A DNA stretch of 64,000 bases from Octopus vulgaris (GCA_951406725.2 OX597820.1:33790001-33854000), one strand, 5' to 3'; positions 1 to 54,458 are shown, numbered from the stretch's first letter. Notes: a model not told the origin generated them from the letters alone. A program made the numbers and translations.

Positions 1-394
1 AACCCAGTAATGGCTATCAGATAATTTCTGCGACCACATCACCCCTAATATCTGGATGCCTAATTCCCCAGACTGCAACCCCCTTGATTATTATGTGTGG
101 GGTGCAGTTGAGCAAGAGACCAACAAATCTCCTTATAACACCAAAGATGAACTGAAGGCAAGGATTATGGCAGCATTCATGAACTTAAACAAGATCATCC
201 AGAAGAGTTGCAGAAGATTCCAAAGTTGTCAGGAGGCTATGGTTGAAGCCAATGGCGATTTTATTGAATAAATTTACTCTTTAGTATTTCAAGATATTTT
301 CATGTAATTTTTGTAAATATATCTGTTAAAATGAGACGACGGTGTTATTTTCATTTTTGCATAATTTAGATGACAGTTTATTCACCACGCCCTG
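1..394 (+). mobile_element. Tc1/mariner-superfamily transposon 3' end (DDxD-type transposase C-terminus plus right TIR)
   Basis: ORF 56-271 PNSPDCNPLDYYVWGAVE...AMVEANGDFIE is the third catalytic-Asp motif; element ends ...caccacgccctg|TA. Confidence 0.85.
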
Positions 395-427
395 TATATA
401 TATATATATATATATACACATATATAT

Positions 428-2565
428 CATCATCATCATCATTTAACGTATGCGTTCCATGTTGGCGTAGGTTGGATAATTTGACTGAGGACTGGCAAAC
501 CAGGCTCCTACATGATCTGGCAGAGTTTCTACAGGTGGGTGCCCTTCCTAAGCCAACCACTCCGAGAGTGTAGTGGGTGCTTTTATGTGCCACTGGCACA
601 AGGGCCAGTCAGGCAGTACTGGCAACGGCCACACTCAAATGGTGTTTTCTACGTGCCACCTGCACAGGAGCTAGCCCAGCGGCATGGCAACGACCTTGCT
701 CAAATGCTGTTTTTTATGTGCCAGTAAGGCATCGCTGGTAATGATCATGCTTGAATGGTGGTTTTTACGTGCAGCCATCATGGGAGCCTGTCTGCAGCCC
801 TGGCAAAGATCACACTCGGATGGTGCTCTTAGCATTCCACTAGCACGGATGTCAGTCATGCAGTGCTGTCATTGGCCATGTCAGTGAATCTGATTTCAAT
901 TTCACTTGCTTCAACAAGTCTTCACAAACAGAGTTTAGTGCCCAGTGAAAGAAAGGTACGCATAAGTGGGCTGGTTACACCACTGGCATGGGCCACAGGT
1001 TATGGTCTCTCTTGGCTTGCTGGGTCTTCTCAAGCACAGCATATTTCCAAAGGTCTCGGTCACTAGTCATTGCCTTGGTGAGGCCTAATGTTTGAAAGTC
1101 ATGCTTCACTACCTCATCCCAGGTCTTCTTGGGTCAACCTCTTCCACAGGTTCCCTCAACTGCTAGGGTGTGACACTTTTTCACACAGCTATCTTCATCC
1201 ATTCACACCACATGACCATACCAGCACAGTCGTCTCTCTTGCACACCACATCTGATGCTTCTTAGGTCCAACTTTTCTCTCAAGGCACTTACACTCTGTC
1301 GTGTATGCACACTGACATTACACATCCAGTGGAGCATACTGGATTCATTCCTTGCAAGCTTACACATGTCCTCAGCAGTCACAGCTATGTAGCATGGCTG
1401 TTTGTACACATGCCTCATACAGTCTACCTTTTACTCTGAGCGAGAGGCCCTTTTCACCAGCAGAGGTAGGAACTCTCTGAACTTTGCCCAGGCTATTCTT
1501 ATTCTAGCAGCTACACTATCAGATCATCCACCCCTGCTACTGACTTGGTCACCTAGGTAATGGAACCTGCCAACTACTTGTAGTTTTTCTCCCTGGAATG
1601 TGGCAGTTGTTCTCTGCACATTTTCAGTGTTTATTGCTCCGGAGCATTGGCCACATACAAAAACTATCTTCCCAGTTAGCCTTCTTTTGATATTGCTGCA
1701 CCTCACCTCTTATGGGTACATCTTATAGAGTTTTTACCTACGCCTTTTCTACAGATCGAGCAGGGCCATCTACTTGAATGGATTTGTGGTTTGTCTGCCC
1801 TCCTACTTATTAAGACTTTGGTGTTAGCTAGGTTGACTCTAAGGCCCTTCAATTCTTATCCTTGTTTCCACATCTGAAACTTCTCTAGTTCTGATAGTGA
1901 CTCAGCAATTAGAGCAAGGTCATCAGCATAAAGGAGCTCCTAGGGGCATCCTGTCTTAAATTCTTCTGTTATTGCCTGGAAGACTATGATAAACAGGAGG
2001 GGGGATGATGTCTGAACCTTGGTGAACCCCTACATCTACCCGGAATTCTTCACTGTACTTGTTGCCGGCCCTCACCTTACTGACAGCATTCCTGTACATG
2101 GCTTGCACAGCTCTTGCTAACCATTCATCTATCCCTAGTTTCCTCATTGACCACCAGATAAGGGATCGGGGGACCCTGTCAAAGGCTTTCTCCATGTCAA
2201 TGAAAGCCAGGTACAGGGGTTTATCTTTGGCTAGGTATTTCTCCTGCAGCTGTTTTACCAGAATTATAGCATCAGTGGTGCTTTTCCCTGGTACAAACCC
2301 AAACTGCATCTCGTCTAGACTGACCCTCTCCCGAATTAGTTGGGCTACAACCCTCTCTGTGACTGTCATTACCTGATCCACAGCTTGACACCTCTGTAAT
2401 TATTTGTATCTAATGTGTCACCTTTACCTTTGTAGCAGTTGACTATGGTGCTGCTACACCAATCATTGGGTATGACTTTTTCCTGTATCACCTGGATGAC
2501 TGCCAGATATTTTGAGCATCTCTGCAGTGATTCCTGATGGGCCAGGGGCTTTCCCTGTCTCCACC
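428..2565 (-). mobile_element. 5'-truncated degenerate RTE-clade LINE
   Basis: Frameshifted RT fragments (YKGKGD..NYRGVKL; QFGFVPGKSTTDAI; FIDMEKAFDRV; GVHQGS; YLGD; RRLCWYGHV), (GAT)n 3' tail, (TA)n on both sides. Confidence 0.92.
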
Positions 2566-2582
2566 ATATATATATATATATT

Positions 2583-2759
2583 GTTATCGCCAAGCCAACA
2601 TGGCAGTCCAGGAAAATAGAATGAATGCTGCCGTTGATTAGCTACAAGAGGCCATCGCCTCTAACTGGCTATTTGAGCTAGTGGCAATGGCCTCTTGGAG
2701 CTAATCAACAGCAGCATTTGACCTATTTTCCTGGACTGCCATGTTAGCTTGGCGATAAC
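2583..2759. mobile_element. Fold-back palindromic MITE
   Basis: About 80-bp arms gttatcgccaagccaacatggcagtccaggaaaata... / ...tattttcctggactgccatgttagcttggcgataac in a TA-rich site. Confidence 0.8.
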
Positions 2760-4359
2760 TATTAATATCTAGTACTGCTTGATATATATATATAATTCAA
2801 GTAATAAGAAGACAAAGAAATTCTTTAGCACATCTTTAATGATTCGTTACAATTGTTTCTGCACCAACTCTGCTTGCAATGCCAGTTTACGCAAAAATTC
2901 AAAGTGAAAATTTGCGTAATGTTTGTGATTTTATATATATATATATATATATATATTCTTGTATTCATTTCAGCCATACAGCTGCAGTCATATCTTTTAG
3001 TATACATTCTGTGATAGTATTACAAATCTTGCCAACAAAATGGAAACTTTTATTTTTAGTGATGCAAGAGGTGCCTGGTAATTTGATATTATGTGGCAAA
3101 CATGTCAAATCAAGGAAGTGATATAATAGGTACCAGATCATCTGATAATGCGATAAACTGGTTTCATATCTGGGGAGTTGTGTAATAGGTATTAGATCAT
3201 CCTGTAGTGGTAACTGTATTAGACAATTGTCATTTCTCAGAAGAGTCATATATCATCAATTATCTGATGATGTTAACTGTAATAAACTAGTGTCTTACCT
3301 AGGCAGTGACATTATTGGTGTTATTATAATTCATTAGATTATATGTTAACTGAGATACATTGTGTCATATCTAGACTTGCTGTTTAATCCCAGATCAGAC
3401 TTGGGAGATATATGATACAAGGGATTTCAGCTATGGCTGACCAATATGTCCTTTCCTCCTTTTTAACAAGACAGCATTGTATGATACAAGAGCATTTTTA
3501 TTTCCATCAGCAACTGGGTAGATGTTTCCTTGTTGGCTTGTCTTATTTAGGGTGGATTAAATAGGTACATGATTAACAGTGAATATGTCATAGACTGGTG
3601 TCATATCTATGGAGGGATTTAATACATACCATTTTAGAGAATATTTCCTGATAGATTAGTGGTATTTCTAGGAAAGGATATGGTTCCATATTTGGTGAGG
3701 AATTTAACAGTTTTCAGATGCTATCTGTAACGGAATGATGTTTTATTGTGAGACAAATAGAGAGGGAAACAGTGAGAGAATTATCTTTAACCTGTTCCTG
3801 AAAGCCAAGATGCTTGAAGTTAATAAACTATTGGGCAACCACCAGCAGAATCAGTGTTGTTTATGTGTCCATACCGAAGAACTGTGCAAATCACAACACT
3901 ATACAATCGGCCTGGGAGCTCAATCACTCCCTCAAGCCAAGAGGCTTGTTAAAGACTAGAACCCCAACTAGGGAAAGATTTGTCTTTTACCTGCTTCACG
4001 CTATGAGAATCGGGAATGAACATCAGCTTTATAGATCGTTATGATTCAAAAAAGCTGAAACAATCGAGAAGAACCTTTAAATCGTCATGAAACCTGCTAC
4101 ACATAACTAATAAATTAAAATCACTTTGAAAGTTCATCATGAACATAACCTGACGGAAAAAAGTTTGGAAGCAGATCGAACGATGAAAATTCGATACACA
4201 AAAAGGGAGTAAGAAGAATACCAAGTCTTTTCTTGCCCCCCCCCCCCGCGCTAAATTATCTCACAACAAGTTTTTAAATTATCATTCTAATGAGTGTCCA
4301 TGAAATCTAGTATCGCTGTAATAATTGTGTTCAATCGGATTTTTTTTTTCAGCAATGGC

Positions 4360-5201
4360 GTTTCCGCCATATTGAATCCATCAATTTTTTTTTTCCTATT
4401 TTAAAATTGCTTCTTAGAATTTATAGAAATTTATTATATTCTCGATTGTTTCTTAGAATTAATTACACAATTTGATCAATTCGGGGGGCTGCAATTTCTT
4501 AACACTTGAAAGGCACGTTTGGTAACTGCGTTAAAGATGTCAATGGAAGAAAACATTTTGGTTTAAGCTTTTCTTGAACCCAAGTGTATGATCGATTTAT
4601 CAAAAATTAAAATCAATAAACACTTAACGCCGCATTTCAAAGGAATACGAATCGTGAAAATATCTGCGTTAAACCGAATAATTCTAAACATAGCTGTCAT
4701 ATACTTCTGTACCAGTGATTTCCGATAGGGGTGCATTATCAACGTACACCAAGAGCTAATTATATTTATTCAACACGTTCGACGATTAACAGTAACTACA
4801 TTCATTGCCAGAAACTTCATCGTAAAGTTGGTCACTAAACTACAATCGGATCTTAATCGAGTGCAGTCTTGAGAAGCGGAAATTATAATTTCAGTCATAA
4901 GTAAATAAAGAATATAGCATATATAGAAGTTAACAGCATATATATATAGTAAGTAAAATATTTGTGAAAAAATTTGTTCGGTAAAATGAGATTACAATTC
5001 AAATCGTGTAAATAGCTGAAAAAATTATAAAGACTAAATAGCCAATACGTTCTCAATGACGAAGTACACAAAATTGTATACTTTCTTTGTTAACACACCG
5101 TTCGCATAGTCTTTTGCAGCAGTCAGCTTAGATTAGCCGGTATTTAACCCCTGTTTTGATGACGTAGTACACAACCACGAGATTCACGCTTCGTTCTCAA
5201 G

Positions 5202-5210
<9 letters not shown>
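4360..5210. promoter_or_regulatory. CpG-retaining promoter of PRMT1, probably bidirectional
   Basis: Many CpGs relative to the gene body; CCAAT at 5042; TGACG half-sites at 5057 and 5160; YY1-like motifs facing outward (CCGCCATATT 4364-4373; AAGATGGC 5199-5206). Confidence 0.6.
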
Positions 5211-46129
<40,919 letters not shown>

Positions 46130-46769
46130 ATGAACAGCTAAGAGAAAGTGACTGACAAACATAAGACACTGATGATGTCATTGATGCCAGCAATCCACTC
46201 CCACCCCTCCTTTCTTCTCTCTGTCTCTCACACACCCTCCAATTTCTATCTTTGTGTTGTTCTTCCCAAGGAGGCATGTGTGAGAAATTCCCACATTTAA
46301 ACAACTTACATTATACATTTGGTGGGATCAACCCAAACACGATGAATTCAATACACTTAATAATAATAATAATAATAATATTAATAACAATAACAATAAT
46401 AACTGTAAACTGATGATGGGGTAGGTGGAATTTAGCGCCAGCTTCCTATTTCTTTCTGGTGCAAAGATTTTTTCTTTTTTGGATCAATCTGAGGTGGGTC
46501 ACAAGTTGCACTGATGGTGGCAGCAAGAAAGCAGAAAAATTGCATCCCAGGCTTTTTATTTTTTATTATTATTGATATTAATCTCTTAATTTAAAAAAAA
46601 AATTCTTTGGCTATTTTCTATTCTCTTCAAAGGAGGGAAAGAAAAGTGAAGCCACCATTGCTTTCAGCTTTTTCCACATGTGTTGCCACCAGAGAGAACT
46701 ATGTTGTCCTTGGCAACATTTTTTTTTTTTTGGTAAATTCTCTTCAATAATTATAATGACTCTAAAACA

Positions 46770-46784
46770 TTTGTGTGTGTGTAT

Positions 46785-46828
<44 letters not shown>

Positions 46829-46955
46829 GTATGTATGTATATATATATGTATGTATATATATATGTATATATATATATATATGTGTGTGTGTATGGTTTT
46901 ATATATATATATATATGTGTGTATGTATATATATATATATAATGTGTGTGTGTCT
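46770..46955. repeat. Compound (TA)/(TG) microsatellite in PRMT1 3' region
   Basis: Directly visible; many other (TA)n tracts, e.g. 8710-8780, 22847-22915, 33175-33226. Confidence 0.9.
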
Positions 46956-47072
46956 TTATGTGAATAATTCATTCATGATCCTTTTCCTTTCTGCTTCATA
47001 CTTTGAGAAATCCACACACACCATGAAAGAAGAGTAAAAGGTTTCTCAAGCTCTTTCCTCCCTCTCATCTGA

Positions 47073-47078
47073 AATAAA
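47073..47078 (+). terminator. Candidate PRMT1 polyadenylation signal AATAAA
   Basis: AATAAA about 950 nt after the stop, with U-rich sequence downstream. More distal sites (e.g. near 51484, 51729) are possible. Confidence 0.4.
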
Positions 47079-47479
47079 AAAGTTCAATATTCAACATTTA
47101 GGCAAGGACTAATTGTCAGCAGGACATTTCCTTATTTTTTTAAAAATATTTTTCTTAACTTTTTTCTTTCTAAAGTTTTGCTGCTGCTATGGTTGTTTTA
47201 TACTTTAAAGCAAAAAAAAAAAAAAAAATGTTGTCTTGCTGGGAATTATAATAATAATAATGATGGTGATCATATCTGGTTTACTTGTTTCTGCTTTTCA
47301 ACCTTCAGCTACATTTTTTGTGGTTATGAGTAAAAAGAGAAAACAGTGCTGAGCTGCTCCTGAGAATTACAAATCTGCAGGTTCTATCTTCCAACTAATA
47401 TATATGATCTGAATCTACACAACTACAGCATAGATAATAAGGTACATTGTTGTTCACAGCAAGTAATCCGTGAATGACA

Positions 47480-47770
47480 CTATTAAGCAGTTCTTATTCG
47501 AACGTGGCCAATGCCAGCGCCGCCTTGACAGGCTTCCGTGCTGGTGGCACGTAAAAAACACCAATCCAATTGTGGCCGTTGCCAGCCTCGCCTGGCACGT
47601 AAAAAGCACCCACTATACTCACGGAGTGTTTGGCGTTGGGAAGGGCATCCAGCTGTAGAAACACTGCCAGATCAGACTGGTGCAGCCTTCTGGCTTCCCA
47701 GATCCCCGGTTGAACTGTCCAACCCATGCTAGCATGGAGAACAGACGTTAAACGACAATGATATATATAT
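47480..47770 (+). mobile_element. RTE-related 3' tail / SINE, relatively young
   Basis: Reverse-complement match to 430-700 with CpGs retained; ends in (TA)n. Confidence 0.75.
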
Positions 47771-48514
47771 ATCTCCACCTTGCCATGTTTGTATGTGTCA
47801 CCTTTTTGAAGATTTTCTACAGCCAGATGCCTTTTCTGTCATCATCTCACACTTGTTTCCAAACAAAATATTCTACCCATGGTCAGATATATTTTTGTAG
47901 AATATTTGAAATGAATGGTACTGCTTGTATGACACTGACACTCATTTACAACTACCACACAATGTCATACAAGGAGAGGTAAGCATGTATATAGACTTCT
48001 TTTAGTTTCCGCCAACCAAATCCACTCAGGGCTTTGGTTAGCGCGGTATTTAGTACTAGAAACTTTATCAAGTTGCCACTATATGGTTGGTAAGCAAACT
48101 TCGTACCACACAGCTACACCTGTTCCCTTGGAGTTGTCTAATGCATGTCTTGATCTGAGATCATGTGTTGAAACTTCTTTTGACTATAGTGAGGAAGAGT
48201 CATTGTAGCCATTTTGATAACACAAAACTCTTCAAATGGATTTCATGAAGTATCAACATTTTCATTGCATAACTGTAACCTGATTACTACTACAGTTCTA
48301 TTGCATTTGTGTCTGGGATGATGAGATGTATCAAGGGTTTTAATGAGAGTTCTTAAATGGCTTTTTGGCAAGGTAGTTTCTAATATATATATATAAAATA
48401 TATATGAATTAGTTAATATTCATATAAATTTCTCAAATGCGTCCTGTGGTCATTTTGGTAGTTTGTTGTTACCTGAATTTTGCTAATCATATCTTTATTA
48501 TATATATATATATA

Positions 48515-48990
48515 TAATACAAAAATGGGACAAGAACGCAAAGCATCCAGACAGGTGATACAAAAGAGGGACAACAAAACATCCAGAGAGACGATACAAA
48601 GAAAACAAGGACGGGTCATTTGGAGTTTTCTATCCTCAGTCGAGTTCCATATTATCTTTGTAATTTCGACTGGTTATACTCAAGATTGCTCCAATCTGGC
48701 CAGCCACAGGGGAAAACTAAGCTGAGAGCATTAGATTTCTTGGAAGAAAGCATTGAATATATACGAAAACAAGGACGGTAAAAAACAAATGTTACACAAA
48801 TACAAACACAATTAACAGGTGTCTTTCAACTAAGGACAAATTTAGCTGGCATGTGTGGAAGTAAAGCCTTACGGCAGGGTCATTAGGTTTAATAGGCACA
48901 GGGAGGAATATAGATGTTGCATGGATGGTAGTCGAACCGAGAAAGTTCAGGCCTGGCCAAACACTGGTCACGTGGGGAGAGAAGATATAT
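48515..48990. repeat. Unclassified interspersed element embedded in (TA)n
   Basis: Bounded by (TA)n on both sides; internal direct repeats catccaga..gatacaaa and gaaaacaaggacgg. Confidence 0.55.
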
Positions 48991-49025
48991 ATATGTATCT
49001 ACCTGTGTATATATATATATACATA

Positions 49026-49287
49026 AACATGCATAAATTATATAAATACAATTAAGTGTACTGAGAAGCAGCACCTACGTGCTAGAAATAGACGTCAAGA
49101 GAATGTAAAACACCACTTCAAATTACACTCTATCAACACAAAGCTGAAAGTAGGCAAATGAATAAACTGGATTTAGGAAGATCCATCTTATTCATTTGCC
49201 AGCTTTCAGCCTGAAGTGGTTTTTTTAGAGTCTTGGCATCTATTTCTAGTGTGTAGGTGCTGTTTCTCAGTACCCTTAATTGTAATT
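49026..49287. repeat. Fold-back inverted repeat (MITE-like)
   Basis: caattaagtgtactgagaagcagcacctac...gctgaaag..ggcaaatgaataa pairs with ttattcatttgcc.ctttcagc...gtaggtgctgtttctcagtacccttaattg. Confidence 0.85.
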
Positions 49288-50760
49288 ATATCTGTATAAT
49301 TATGTTTGCCTATATGGTATTTTACATGCTCTGAGAAGATCATTAATTGATTTTATCCTTAATTATGTTTAACTATTTACCAGGGCATAATATCTAACCG
49401 TTTATATTATTTTTTTCCATTCATAACGATATCCTCCTATCTTGGAGAAAAAAATCTTTACTTTATGTAATGCTTTTGTGTAAGCAAAATAATTCATTTG
49501 AAAATCTGAGTACCTGTCTCATTTTTATATTCGATCACCTGTTTCTCCCGGGCAATTAGTATGTTTGCACTCCACATTCTTGTATTGGTAGTTAAACCTG
49601 CCCAAGTTGACTTTCGACATTGCCATTCACTCTTCCAGGATTAGATCATAGCCACAATTAAATGATCCAAACCAAAAGTAAATGAATTTTCTATATTTGA
49701 TAGACTTCATGTTTTTTATCTTCACCACACAATGACATTTTGAACACAGCACGTGTGTGCCTCTCACTGCGCACCAATCTGGTAAAGTGTCTTATACTGT
49801 TTGCAGCTTGAAATTGAGCAAAGCCTTATGAGTGGATTTTGTAGATGAATTCTCAAAAGAAGTCTGTATTGTGTATGTGTGTAATTTTCCATGCTGGCAC
49901 AGGTTGCGCAGTTTGATGGGATCTAACAGGTCTGAAGACTGCATTGTGTTCTAATCTTTACTTGGCGTGTGTATGTGTGTTGTAGCAGATATGACTAACA
50001 GAGGCAATGCTATTTATTTCTAGTATTCCCTGAAGATATGTCTGGCCATTAAAAAGTGTTACATAGGTTGGAAGCAGTTATGAGTTGGTGATATGAAAGG
50101 CTTCTGACTATAGAAAATCTCCCTCCATGAATTCTGTCTGACCAATGAAAAGGTGGATGCTAAATGAGAGTATAATATATAAACATGGCCTAATGATTCT
50201 AAGAAATTTGCTTCATGAGCACATCCTCCTGGGTTTGATTAAATTGCATGGCATCTTAGGCAAATGTCATTTTCTATTGCCTCAGGTGAACCCATAGTGA
50301 ATGAAATTGTGTAGACTCCATATAGAAGTCTGGCAGATGGCTTATACTTGTAATTTAAAAGATAGCAACCATGTTATACCGTTCCTACTTGAAAATTCCA
50401 TTCAGGATATGTTTGGAATACACAGCCACTTAAACTTTTAATTGGATGGGGAAAACTGAATCCTCTTCATCAAAATTGATAAAGGTTCATATATGCATAC
50501 ACACCACTACTTTTACATATATATTGTGCAGATTTGTAATATATGTGTGTATATGCACATATATTCAACCCTTTAACATTTAAACAGGCCATATCTGGCC
50601 GAAATATTCTTCCTGTTTGATGTTTAAACTAGCCAGATCCAATGTCTGACATCTGTCCAATATCTTTCTAACAATATGCAATCACATCATCATAATCTCA
50701 AGGCTACAAAATGATGCATGATTAATTAAAAACTGTGATTAAATTTGCATTATATTTGAA

Positions 50761-51027
50761 GGCACGTGGCTTAGTGGTTAGTGCATTTGGCTCACGATTG
50801 TAAGGTCATGAGCTCAATTCCCGTGTTGTGTCCTTGAGCCAGACACTTCCTCCAGTCCACTTAGCTGGCAAAAATGAGTTGTACCTGTATTTCAAAGGGC
50901 CGGCCTTGTCACGCTGAATCTCCCTGAGAACTACGTTACGGGTGCGTGTGTCTGTGGATTGCTCAGTCACTTGCACGTTAATTTCATGAGCAAGCTGTTC
51001 CATTGATCGTATCAGCTGGGACCCTCC
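50761..51027 (+). mobile_element. tRNA-derived SINE nested in a piggyBac-type MITE
   Basis: A box tggcttagtgg, B-box-like gagctcaattcc, tgtgtccttgagc core; host MITE resumes after a short ttga duplication; related copy at ~42020-42320. Confidence 0.8.
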
Positions 51028-52554
51028 TTGATAAGTAATTTGAATACTAAAGGGTTAAATTTTCTGAAAATTCAGTTTTCTCAACTTACAGAAGTTGAAT
51101 GTTAATGGTGTTAGTGGATGGTAGGGAAAATCGTTGCACTCAGGTAAGGAGCAATATGCTGCTGAATTGTAATTACTGCTATGGACAAGGTTGGTGCTAG
51201 ATTTTTTTTTCTTTTAAGTTGCTGCAGCTGTGGATGTATTCATGATAATAGATGTAAAGCTGGTTGTTTTGAAGTCAAACTGCTTTAAATTTCTTTGCGC
51301 TTCCTCATTTATCTCAGTTTATTTATCCAAATTCTGTGTCAGAAATTTTGCTCATGGCAGGGTACAGGCCGTTGGCTTTCCTTTCATAGTCTTATTTCTC
51401 CCCCCCCCCCCCTGTATTCCATTGAGTTTTTCTTAAAAGCTTCCAGTGATTGTCAAAAAACCCGGGTTTTTTCCCCCTAAATGAATAAATCTTGGCTAAG
51501 CTTTTCCAAATTGCCACTGCAATGTCCACTGACCACTTGAAATCTCATTAAATTATATTTTAAAGCTTTGTATATTTTTTTAGAGAAGCTGGGAAGAAAC
51601 TATTTCCTTCTCCACTACCACCACATCGTCATCAAGCCTTGGTTTACTAACTTGCAGTGTTTATATATATATATATATATATATATAAAGACTACAGAAA
51701 CATTCAACTAAAATTCTTATATACCTCACAATAAACATAAATCTCATTCTCATTTTCATATGCATGTTCTTTTTTTTTGCTCTCATTTTTTCTCTATCTC
51801 AAGGAAAATTATAATTAGGACATCAACCATGTAATTTTTAGCTGAGTAAGGGAGAAATATCGGTCTTTATTAGCTTTAGTCTAGCAGAATCGTTAGCACT
51901 CCAAGCAAAATGCCTAGCAGTATTTTGTCTGTTATGTGCTGAGTTCAAATTCTGCTGGGGCCAACTTAGCTTTTCATCCTTTTGGGGTTGATAAAATAAA
52001 TACCTATTTCTTTAATACCCACAAGGGGCTAAACAGAGGGGACGAACAAGGAGAGACAACCGGATTATGTCGACCCCAGTGCGTAACTGGTACTTATTTA
52101 ATCGACCCCGAAAGGATGAAGGCAAAGTCAGGCGAAATACTGCTAAGCATTTCGCCCGGCATGCTAACGTTTCTGCCAGCTCGCCGCCTTACATGATATT
52201 ATTTAGCTTTTACTTCTCTGTGATGGTTATTCTGTGGATACTTGAAACTGCCCGTCAAGGGCAAAATTTGAAGAGGTGAATGTCCTTGATTTAAGTTTAA
52301 GTACGTTTGACTTAAACTGAAGTCAATAACATCAACCATTATATACAGGGTTGTAGACTTCATTACAAATTAACGCAAGATACTGATGAATTATCCGATC
52401 TTTACCAGCCTGAAAATAGGTGTAAAATGGCAATGATACTTGGTCCCTCTCAATCCTTACACTATCCTGAGATTCTTTTTTACTAACCCATCTCACTACT
52501 TTTTCCATGGCCCTTCTGTTATCTGCTCCCCTCCATACTGTCTTTACCGTCAAC

Positions 52555-53205
52555 TCTGCTGTGCATGTGCACTAAGTTTTGATCTTTTAGCTCACTTTTG
52601 CTGTTTACAGTAGTGCTTGGAAGGAAGGTGTGTAGTGTGTGATCATTACATTGACTATGACAGAGAAATTTGTCATGGTTAATACCTGCTCAGAGGCCTA
52701 TGCAAAGTTGAAGAAAGTGTACAAGATGGCTGAAAAAATGTCGATATTAAGGAATGTTTTCGGAGACCTGCAACCAGTAGAACTGAGAAAAACAGCTGTG
52801 TGGGGTAATCGCTGAATCAAAATAGATTAGTTAGGGTTCAGTTCAGTCCGTTATCACTGAAGATTTGGGTATGATGTGTCTGCGCCAAAACTGCTTTCAG
52901 CTGACCAAAAAACACTTAGGTTTCAGATGCACAAGATATTGTGTTGAGAATGAAAACTTTGAGTAGGCCTCTGAGAAGGTATTGCCAAGCTTTTGGCAAA
53001 GCTTAATGTAGATTCTCTGCTCAACTTTGTTATGGCCAGTGATAATCACATGTTACTCACCTTCCTTCCAAGAACTGCTGTAAACAGAGGAAGTGAGCTA
53101 GAATGTTAAGACATAGTGCACATGCACAGCAGTATTCAAGGTTGATCTGTGCCCTCACTTCATTACTATAGCAAACAGTCAGGATACTTATTGATCAAAC
53201 CACAT
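52555..53205. mobile_element. Mariner-derived non-autonomous element with long inverted arms
   Basis: 52555-52710 is the reverse complement of 52957-53135; right end ggatacttattgatcaaacc resembles a mariner TIR. Confidence 0.65.
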
Positions 53206-53699
53206 ATTAAAATGGTATTTATTCCTAAATTGGAAGCATGTGATTTGTTTAGAATTATCAAGAAAAAATAAATCCGAGAGCATGATAGAATTTCTTATAG
53301 GTTTCATTCATGCAATTGCAGTTAAGAGGCACTGCCAACTTTCAAGATAGAGATCTAAGTCCATCCAGGAGCAGTTACATTTAATAATTAAAAAAAAAGA
53401 AAAACTTATTTTCCTTAGTTTCAATATCATCTTTAAATAGTTACTTTATGCAGCAATACAAGTTCCAGTTTTTGGAACTTGGTTGTTTTCTGTAAACTAG
53501 TTGAGGACCTTCTCTGATTAGCTATGGATCTTGTCAATACTGTTTGAGCTACAGTTTTATCTTGGGGAAGGGACGGAAGGCCATGTGCTAAACCTGGTGA
53601 ATAGGACAGGTGCAGGAACAATACCATGTTTTACATGAGAAACTCAAGTGAAGAGAGGGCAGTGATGGTGCATTGTCATAACGAAGAATCCAACCTGGT

Positions 53700-54458
53700 A
53701 GCTTTCACTGAATGTCCTCCCTCAAATACTTCAAAACATTGCAGTAAAATTCTTGATTGATGTAAGGGGAGGGGATAACTCAGTACAAAATACCAATTTC
53801 CAGGTGTGACACCTGTAGCAGGTCTTCCAAGGACATCTGCTTTTGAAGCACCCACAACACTCGAAACATTGCATACAACACATTACCTTGTCACTGTAAG
53901 CATGCTCAATGTCTTTGTATCCCAAGTTTAACCCTTTGAGCCCTGATCTCCTGAACTGTATTTGGCCACTGATAGAGCGATGCTATGGTATAGAGTAAAA
54001 TAGCCAGCCACCGATGTTACAGGCTCAAAGAATTAATGCAGAATTTTACATTAGCTCTTTGATCCAACTTCTTGTTTGTGATGAAATTGTAGACTGCAAC
54101 AAACACTTGATCACAAATTTCACAACTTGCAAAGTAAATGCAGTATTGTCACTTGGCAGACTGCCTCATGAAGTTCCCTGCACATGCAATTGTGTGCTGC
54201 CATCTGTTGTGCTCACAACATCATAAGCGGAAAGTGTAACCTCTCGAAAGAGCTGTTCTTCACTCCTGCTCCAGAGCGTCTGCTGCGGGGTCATTCCGAA
54301 AAGCCCTACCTGCGACGATTTCATCTCAATCGAAGAAGAGGAGCATTCTCCGTGGAACAAGCTGCCAGACGAGATGGTGAAGATGTCGACGACCGCTTTG
54401 TTCAAAGTCTCCCTTGACCTCAAGTGGCCTGAACTCTTTACATGAACACCACCCTGTA
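53700..54458 (-). mobile_element. Possible Tc1/mariner-superfamily remnant
   Basis: End reads TACAGGGTG on the - strand; CpG-rich patch; GYKDI resembles WGYVKD; no intact ORF. Confidence 0.35.

Noticed and set aside
4055-4149. Box C-like ATGATGA near the start of the 95-nt putative intron on the - strand (possible C/D snoRNA)
   Set aside because: No CTGA D box in the intron, no recognisable guide sequence, and too little room before the acceptor
46678-47037. ORFs rich in YI/CV repeats (also at 370, 10375, 11154, 22830, 33144)
   Set aside because: Translations of TA/TG microsatellites
48600-48720. Hammerhead-like fragments on the - strand (CTGAGGA; CGAAATT)
   Set aside because: Core segments do not assemble with stems I-III in a valid order; an Infernal search would be needed
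50761-50825. tRNA-like sequence with A and B boxes
   Set aside because: It is a SINE head running into a repeated core; no complete cloverleaf
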